Part shown: piece after piece, positions 55,601 through 64,000 of the stretch
How positions within the stretch are numbered: position 1 is the stretch's first letter
How the letters are laid out: the number at the start of each line of letters is the position of its first letter
DNA from: Botryllus schlosseri
Taxonomy: Eukaryota
Direction of reading: 5' to 3'
DNA length: 64,000 nt
Assembly: GCA_051294905.1 (NCBI GenBank)
Contig: CM119386.1
Location: 5,518,001-5,582,000, forward strand
The notes under the pieces: generated by a model
Database searches by the model: none
Seen by the model: the letters and a program-made list of their open reading frames with translations, nothing else
Told to the model about the DNA's origin: nothing
Made by a program: the position numbers and the translations under genes

Positions 55601-56185
55601 TTTATTTATACGATATGTATGCATCGATATCATAAAAATTGTAGTTATTGCATTTCTAACGCCAAATTCATCACGTGATTCACTGGTTACCATTTAGTCG
55701 CTTACAAAGCATCGCATCGCTCCATCTGTGCGATTCCAAGTCCTATTTGCATTCAGAAACGAGCCTTATACCTGAAAGAGCATTCCACAGTCGTATCTTG
55801 TTGTCTGTGCCTGTTGTTAACAGGAACAAGCCGTCGTTGGAGTATTGAAGACCGTTAACAAAGCCGCGATGCGCGGTGGCTTCTGAAAACGCATTTCGGC
55901 AGCGTTAAGTCACGGAAACGGAAAGTCAACTAACAGAATTGATGTTGGTTGCATGCCCGAAAGTTCCCGGCTATGCCTATGTGTTCGACTGCAGCGAGAT
56001 GTTATCGCGACACTCTTTCGGAGTCGGCTGCACGAAGTTGCAACGCGGAAGTGCCCTCTATGCAAAAGCTCATGAATCATCGGCAACCTTTCCTGCTTTT
56101 GGTTTCTTTTCCATTGTGCTGGTCGAAGCTTAGAACGTGTCCGCGCGCCTGTCTGACATCCCACAGGAGAATTTTGTTGTCTTCG
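52671..56185 (-). CDS. ERCC8: DNA excision repair protein ERCC-8 (CSA, WD40), last four coding exons: 56185-56088, 55882-55772, 55155-54950, 52847-52671. Upstream exons not found in the window
   Basis: [27 protein letters not shown] / [32 protein letters not shown] / GENTLTNFG...[15 protein letters not shown] / [15 protein letters not shown]...[12 protein letters not shown] match the CSA C-terminal half. GT-AG junctions, phases compatible. Confidence 0.92.
53440..54545. mobile_element. Charlie/MER5-type hAT non-autonomous element in the last ERCC8 intron
   Basis: TIR CAGGGGTTCTCAAC; GCGGGCCGC subterminal motifs; perfect TSD AACTAGAT. Confidence 0.9.
53724..53774. repeat. 51-bp hairpin, perfect 17-bp stem CAGGGATATCTAGAACT
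   Basis: Exact inverted repeat at 53724-53740 and 53758-53774. Confidence 0.85.
55340..55691. mobile_element. Small TIR element with internal ~130-bp tandem duplication, in an ERCC8 intron
   Basis: GGTTACCAGTGAAT / ATTCACTGGTTACC ends; duplicated blocks at ~55421-55535 and ~55553-55668. TSD unclear. Confidence 0.6.
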
Positions 56186-59100
56186 CTGAAACGAAAAAAA
56201 GCGGGACTTGCTTTCAGAATGACTTTTTGCAGGAGATAGTCAACCTAACGCACATTTTAACAAAACAAGAGCGCTATAGCGCAGCTTTATGATCTATAAG
56301 AAAAACTAAACGCAAGCGGTATCTTTCGTACAAGGAAGAGCGCCCTACTAGAGCTCTGCGATTTATACGTAATAGTCTACGCAAGTGCTATCTTTTGTTG
56401 AAACACCACACCATGTATAACGCGCGATAATCCACTGTTTCCCCGATAGGTTTAACGAAAAACCATGTATTTACCCGTTTTAGTCAGACCACCACGATGC
56501 TCAACCCACTATAGCCTTTAGGTAAAGCATACAGCTTCCTTGCCATGATTACAACAAGCTGAAAGATTTACCTGGAAGCTACAGGGGATACAGTGTCTGG
56601 ACGCGCTTCCAGTTGGGAAGCCGGTCGATTGGTACTGGGCCCGCGACGGTTTGGTCGTAAATTACGGAAAACCGCGAACGCTTGTTTAACTCGAGAACCT
56701 TTGTTGCTCGAAAATGTCTTACATCTATAAGCAAACATACGTGGAAATACGGTGTTTACAGAGCACTTTTCCTTTGAGTTGGAATACATTAAGCAAACGT
56801 AGTCATACACACGATCGCAAAAGCTTACGTTGGCCGGCGAGGTACAGCGCGTCTGGACGCTCAAATAATCCGACTAACAGGACGCATTCATGGACTATTT
56901 ACAATAACGACCGGAATTGCTAACGAGGCCCCGCAACTGATTCAAAACACGATTAAGAAACTAGCGTCTGTGTCTCAATGGAATGCTGAGCTTAGAAATT
57001 AGATTTACTATGCAGGACGCGTGTCAGCGAAGACCTGACCGAATTTCGCCTTCAGAAACAAATATTGGAAATCACAATTGATCGAATACTGTGAATTCAG
57101 GAACGCTACTTCTCTTATGGGATATATAGCTTAAAAAGCCTTTGAGCTATACACAATGATATATCCTTCTAGCGCGTTGTACCGCAGCTGCGAGATGATG
57201 AAAGAACATTTCGTTAAATCGACTGAAACAACTTCCTGGGGCGGTAGAACGACTTGCATGACTCTCGTGATAGCTTCGCGGAACTGCAAATTCCAGCGCG
57301 CGCAACGCCCACCGAAAGAACCTCAAAACGGCCAGAATTTGGAAATGATTCGCGGCCATAATAGCGACGGACTGTCGCCACTGAGGCAGCGCAAAACGTG
57401 ATCAGCCCAGCTCTATCCCATACATTTCAACACACGACAACACAGAAGCACCGAAAGCAGCGTAGTAATCAAGCACTAATTGCGCGCGCTATATATATAC
57501 ATCTCAGAAGACAATAGTCTTATGTAGATCCAGATTTACATATGCTTTGCAACGCATCGCTGACAATACGCAATGCTGGATGAAATACCATACACGGCCT
57601 CAAAACGTGGCCCGAATTTCGTAGAAGGGCGTCGAGTCAAAAGGCAGTTACGAGCTTTCTGGGAAATAGGATAAAACCCTGTTCTATTAATCGACAGACG
57701 ACAACAATAAAGCTAGATTCTGCTCAAAACGTACCGGAAGTACAAAATACCCAACAGTTCGGCGCATTCGTTGAATCGATCACGATTTCGAAACCACCAG
57801 ATACATACGCCGACTATGGCTCCGGCCTAGTCAAACGCTGCGCTCGCACTGTGCTACTGACTCCATAAAGAATGCGAGTAAACGCTTGATGGCGCAGCCA
57901 GACCACACAGGAGCCGACACCTATCCATCAAAATCCGTAATCCTTTAACCACATCAGAACGATACAGAGTACGCTCGAAGCCGCTTTTTATACGTAGAGT
58001 CCACCTGCCGGTGACGCATCCTGATAAATGATATCTTTGTCTGGAAATCGCTTTCTGAAATACCGCTTTCCATAAAAATTTGAACGCGCCAACAAACTTT
58101 CCAATTCGACGCGTCTTTGAAAAAAATGCCGATATGAATACGAATATGACGACTTGATTCGAGGTGAGTTGGCTCTTATGATTCACGCGAAATTTGGCTA
58201 TGAGCGGAAACGGATTCGAGTCACGCGATATGAGAATGCTTATGCCAAGATAGCGGGATAACTTTGGGCGATTCCAACCGCTCCCGGCCTCACGCGCTTA
58301 GCCTATTCAATTCTCATATGCGTTGCACGGAAATTCCATTGGTCAAACTTCCCGCGATACTCAACTCGTGTGCTTCATTCGCTTTATGGCCGATACACAA
58401 AATGAACATACGATGCATTATACACTATAGGACGCGCAAAATTCTTCCTAGAATCGGCCGGCTTGAACAGATAAGATCCTGGTAATTTAAAACAGCACGG
58501 TCAGTACTGTATGTAATATAAAGGCAGGAAGCAGTTTCAATGCGCTTTTCCATTCACAAATCAATGCTACACCAAGCTCAGCGGCTTTCATAACTCATCC
58601 ACAGTTGAAGGGCGTATATAGTTGAAGCGAACCGGCCAGGTTTACGTGGTAACTAAAATTCGACACCGTGGATATAAGCCGGCTGATTGCGTGCATCCTG
58701 CTATTCTTCGACGACCTGGATGCCTGCGGATAAGGTAACAAACACAGGCTGTTTGAAAACGAGCAATGCACAACAGCCTGAAATTTGATTTACCTATGCC
58801 GTAAACACCATGCATGCTGCTCTAAGATTTGGATAAATGAACAAATGAACATGTGAACAGAGCCCGTCGCACGCGTAGCCAAATGTATATACGAAATGCA
58901 ACGATGCCGACTTTTTCCAGTTGCTCAGAGGAGTGTAGGCGTCACGAGACAATGCCCAAAGAAGCCCATAGCTCGAAGTATTTTCTGCCGTATTTAATGT
59001 CACCCAACGGACTATTGTGTATCATTTCTTGATTCTGGAACCCCACAGTGGACTATATACCGGTATTCGATGCGATCAAAACTTCTTGACACTAAATCAC

Positions 59101-62100
59101 CAGCCGGTTGAACCAAACATTTATGTTGGAAGCGAAACAATCCATGCGCATACGCATTACGCATCCAGATCAGGACGTATCAGTTCCGAAATTTGCAATT
59201 TTTAACACGGTGACATACATCCAGCTTATTACGTCACACACGAAGCGTCAAGACAGAAAACTTCAAAACTGCCTGTACGTCGCATCCTCGTTGACTGTCC
59301 TGATTAATAAAAATTAAATCATAAAGGCGACGCAATGCGCAATTTCAATCCCGAGCATTTGACAAGCTGTTGATATTTTGAACCGATGCAAAAGCCCGAG
59401 TTTGAAGTCCCATTGATTATACCGTACGAGAAAATATCCGGCCCGGCGGGAATGTTGAGAAAATGAAGAATGTTCAAAAACCGGGGCTTGTAAGATGGGG
59501 ATAAAGGGATGCACGTCGATATTGAGAATGACAGATTCCACTGTATTACCGACGGAGGATTTCCGCTATAATACGGGATAACTGCGCGAATTATACACAG
59601 CATTTCGTATCGCTACCTCATTGACAGAAATAAATACTTACTAACAAAAGGTCTTGTGCTAACCAAACCTTTAGACTGTCTTCAAACCCTACCTAGCACT
59701 CGATAACTGTGGCAGTCCACCGACAGAATCATACAGCCTGCATGATATAAGCTTTGGTACGGTTTCACTGTTTGAATCCCACCAGTCTTCCTCTCGCATT
59801 AATACTCGATGATGCAGCAGGTTAAAGATACATGTTGACATTACTTAACGCGGCGTGAATAGTTTGTACAATTTTTACGCCCGTTACCACGGCACCTTCC
59901 TGCGCCTACGCCAGGCGAACGGAGGTAACGCGCCTTTCGAATATGTGGCGCGCCGCGAACATATAGAAAAGACTCTCTTCTGGTGCTGGCAAGAGTGAGA
60001 AGTTTGCGTATGCATCATTTCCGCTGTCTAGGGGGTATGTGTAATAGAAAGGTCCGAGCTAGTAACGCAAAAAAATGAACGGCCTTCACTTGAAAGGGAC
60101 TGACGCGGCTGATGGAACGAGCGACGGGAAATGACGCTGGGCTGTGCAAATCGAAACATATGCCTGCTAGTATACGAAAGCGGTTCATATAGTGAATGGA
60201 TACGGCGCTAAGTTCCGTGATTCATGCGCGACATCGTGCTGTATTTTAGCGTGCACCTTCTAAATGCGCAGTGCCCGGTCTAAACTCATGGAATGCATTG
60301 CTAAATCGATATGATAAAATTCGCAGACTCGGTTGGGAAAACACATGTAATGGTCTAAGTGGCATGGCGATAAATGGAAATTTTCTCACGCGCTGGGAAA
60401 CGGGAAAGGACGCCACTTTTCCAAAATTTTCAAACTTAGAATACCGGAGAAAAATCTTGCAAAAATAGTAAATTTTTATCACTTCGCAGTCGGTTGACTA
60501 AAAAAAAACGGTCATCACTTTCGTTCGAATCACGAATTCCCAATTTATGCCCATTCCCACTACAATTTGTCCACGATATTAGCTCTAAAAACGAATTGTC
60601 ATAAAGGACGTATGGTAACCCTTCCTAAATAGAAGATGGAAACTTGCACTAAAATCGGGAATTGATAGGCTTTTCTCGCTAGGATATAGGCTACCTCGAC
60701 AAACTGAAATATGATAATTTTATATCAGTCAATGCTGTTCGTGGAACTCGTACTTCACCATCTTCTTACTTATCACGAGGGTAAGCTATTGCGGATTAAT
60801 CAAGACGCGGACGGAAACAGAGTCAAGTTACGAGGCTTGTGCGTTAACAATCGTGTCAATTCGCATGCATCTACTCTACAATCTACACATTCATTGCACA
60901 AATCTGACCCCTGTACACACTGGGCTACGGTATACAATCTGACCGACCCAGGGAGCAGTTTACTGGCGGGCATACTTTCGTGTCCGATATCGTACATCAC
61001 CATATCGAACGGTTCTCGAATGCATCAAACTGCGATGTCATTACGGTTGACCTAAACTGCTGTATTAGATATCAATATATCGGACAAACAGCACTAGAAA
61101 CGTCACGTCCAGACCTCGTGGCTACGACTGGGATATTTATTAAGGTTTTAGGTTCGGGCAAACTGTGGCCTTTCGTGAGTCGGCACCAACCTTGCGTCTC
61201 GACTTTCGAATATTTCAGTTTGTTTACGGAGCCAGCGTAGAATGATGTCCTAATTCAGCTTATGCGTAGGAGGAAGCAACGCTATTAAAACCTGCAGTCG
61301 CCACAAATAGCTGGCACTCAGCTACTCAAGGTCGAGCGAGCATACACAGCATCATAACATAGCGCCAATCAGCGTGTAGAGATTGAGGTTCACGTGCCTT
61401 CGTTCTTATCAGATATGTACCATTGTACGCCTGTGCGGGTGTTGCTTGTAATTTCCCGGCAAAACAAAATAGTAGAACGGGACTCGTGATAGACAGCAGT
61501 TCCCGCGTACTTCTGAAGGACGCAATTGACCGCCTTAACCTCGCAACAATAACGCAAAAAGCGTAGGCAGACTCGCCTGACGATCCATCACAATATATCC
61601 GTCTCGCAAATGCTCGGCCGTGCTCGAATCGACCGCGGTAAGCACATTATGCACATATGAGTGATCAGTTGATCACTGATGATATCCTGCAATTTCACGC
61701 CCGCTGCCTTGATCAAAAGTGATAGATATCCCTCACATTCCCTCAGTTGCTGGAATCGCCTGACGTAGTCTGTATTCCAGCGTTTTGTTCACTATGACCG
61801 ACAATCTGTCAAAGGCAAGGGCATAGATTCCATAGAATGTTTACTGTTCAGTGTTCACCTCTTTCAGCGCCATGCGTACGATATCTATTCTTCGACATAT
61901 TGTGTAATTTATCGAGTATTTCTCGGGCGTTCAATTTCGACACGAACACGCTATCATTCAGCGATATTCATCCTATCCACCTCCATTGTGTCGATAGTCG
62001 CGTGTGGCCAGAGTTAAATTGCTCCAACTAAACCGGCAAATGTTTTATCTTCAGCTGCCTATATAGTGCAGTATATGCATTTAATGATGGCATCCAGTGA

Positions 62101-64000
62101 GATATCCGACTTCGCAAGCTCGTCAGAGAGAAAATTCGAGATTAAGATGGTGACGCGCAGTTTGTGAATTGAGATGTCCGACGATGGATTCCAGTCATTA
62201 GGGTCCAAAACAAACGCAACTCATGGGCGCCATACAGCGACTCCGGCGCCTTGAAGCCTATTTCGGGGGCACCAAGCTTGAAGTAGGTCTAAAAACTGTG
62301 TTCTACACTTCGCAAATATCTTGCAAAACTATGTTTGGCAGCATTCATTCGTGGTTAAGAGTGCAAGATCAAGTGTCAGATTGATCCGTAATTTCCATGA
62401 CGCTTCCTGCTACCAACGCCTTACCAATTCTGAATAAAAACAAATGACTGAAGCGAATAGAACTGACGAGACTTTGCGCGAAGATTTCATTGTAATTTCG
62501 TCTTTGGGGATTCTCAATTGCATGTCAAAAATAGTCTCTTTCTAAGACGCTGTGGTACGCCGAGATCTTGAATGTTGACTGGCGGTTGGGATTCAACAAT
62601 CGGTTGAGAACGCACGGCTTTAAATTCACGGCCACGGTCACCACCATTTCCCCATGCTTTTCGATGCTTCAAACGCTATCTACCTACAGCGCACGTGGTC
62701 TGCTACCTTCGAGCGTTGTGCAATTGTGCATCCGCTAACGTCAGTCGTACCCATTCAACCACCATCGATTCCTGGTACACAGCACTATATCTAAAGAAGC
62801 CTTGGTTTACCTTGCCTGTACGCCAGACGCTAACCTACGCGCACGCTTCTCGATACGGTACTCGACCTGCCGGCGATTATGTTCGGAATATAAAAAGTTA
62901 TTTACCTTTACTGCGTTAACCTGTTTCTTACCGTGTACACACGGTACGGGCGGGCCGCGCTTTTAGTCGCATAAATTTACGATTCGGAGCGCCATTTCGG
63001 TCACTTATTAATTTACTTGCCGACCGTGTTTGACTATTTGCTAAAGGCGGGACGAAGCTCGTCAATCCTCTCTTAGAAAATGGTCTGACGCAAAAATAAT
63101 TGTACCGCGTCGAAGTGTGGCCTCTCTACATTCTGCACAGCGGCGAGACAAAGATAGCAATAAGCGAGGGCTACAGACTCTCCGCGACAATTGACGGAAG
63201 GAAGATGGTCTTCTTGCTTTGAACGGGCTCTGCGCCACGAGACTTTCCATCCAATAATAAGATGCGGCCAATCTGTCCTATGCTGATGTTGTTCAAAATG
63301 TAACAACTGAACTATCCAGAATCACAGACACAAAGATTGAAAACGGCTGTAAGGGTGAGAGATCAAGACGTAAGAGTTATCGCCTGAATCCGCAGCCACC
63401 AAATACAGAGCTCACCGCGACAGAAAACGACACCTCAATTTCCGTATCCAACTCTATGGCGGGACCCCAGCCCGCCGGCAGTCTTTTCGAAATTGTCACA
63501 TTTCTGGATTAAAACCTGGAAACTGGACACTAGTCGGTAGCACGATTGATGATTCCGGTCCGAATATCCATCACTACTAACAATAAATCGCCGCACTATC
63601 AGGAAAGAAAATACAGTTCGGAACGTTCAGCTTTCACTACCGAAAGAAACTGACCACTCTGTTCTTATATCAAACTAGAGATATTTGTTAGAGCGTATCT
63701 CCATTCTCCACTCTCGAGCTATATTCCGTATCTATTATGCTGGAGTGCACGCACCTAATGTAAAACAACCCCATTAGAACGTCACAGCGCAAGTTCATTT
63801 ACTCGATCAACATAAGCGGCGGATTGGTCCATCTGCGCACCATCCGCTTTCTGTACACTCTGCCGTACAAAGTCGCTCGGCATTGAAGCCCCGAACATCT
63901 CCATCGCGATATCGAAACTGATTTTTGCTTCAATAATTGCCGGTAACGACGTTACCATTTCGAATATATCGATTTCGCGCACAGAGACGGGTAAGCATAT
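56186..64000. other. Compositionally distinct GC/CpG-rich, repeat-free block of unknown origin, probably inside an ERCC8 intron
   Basis: Spot counts of 60-nt lines give 38-53% GC versus ~28-33% in AT-rich introns; no MITEs, no long ORF, no recognisable domain. Confidence 0.5.

Noticed and set aside
58765-58800. Minus-strand GVYGIGKS, P-loop-like
   Set aside because: No Walker B motif or sustained ORF; a short motif is expected by chance in 8 kb x 6 frames.
61055-61100. Plus-strand YIGQT, GIY-YIG-like
   Set aside because: No upstream GIY/GVVY strand or downstream R...EH; chance match.

Overview
AT-rich animal genomic DNA (marine-invertebrate-like; species cannot be determined from the sequence). 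Four protein-coding genes lie on the minus strand: the 3' four exons of ERCC8/CSA (52671-56185), a complete 11-exon mixed-lineage kinase (18554-36663, 1132 aa), an intronless CNDP2 dipeptidase (13963-15387) and a complete 7-exon NEK6/7 kinase (5732-12468, 292 aa). Between ERCC8 and MLK, an intact BEL/Pao LTR retrotransposon (41329-48648; 457-bp LTRs with no difference seen, 5-bp TSD, 2068-aa ORF) is inserted into a decayed RTE-like LINE. Introns and intergenic DNA carry many non-autonomous TIR elements, most with 8-bp TSDs (hAT-like), and Penelope-like remnants bearing minimal hammerhead ribozymes. Most interesting: (i) a hammerhead variant whose helix II is one base pair, with a 7-bp pseudoknot to an upstream strand; (ii) a very young BEL element lacking a canonical PBS; (iii) an unexplained >=7.8-kb GC/CpG-rich, repeat-free block, probably inside an ERCC8 intron; (iv) the intronless CNDP2. 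I found no firm evidence for a wholly new system; unresolved items are flagged as such.
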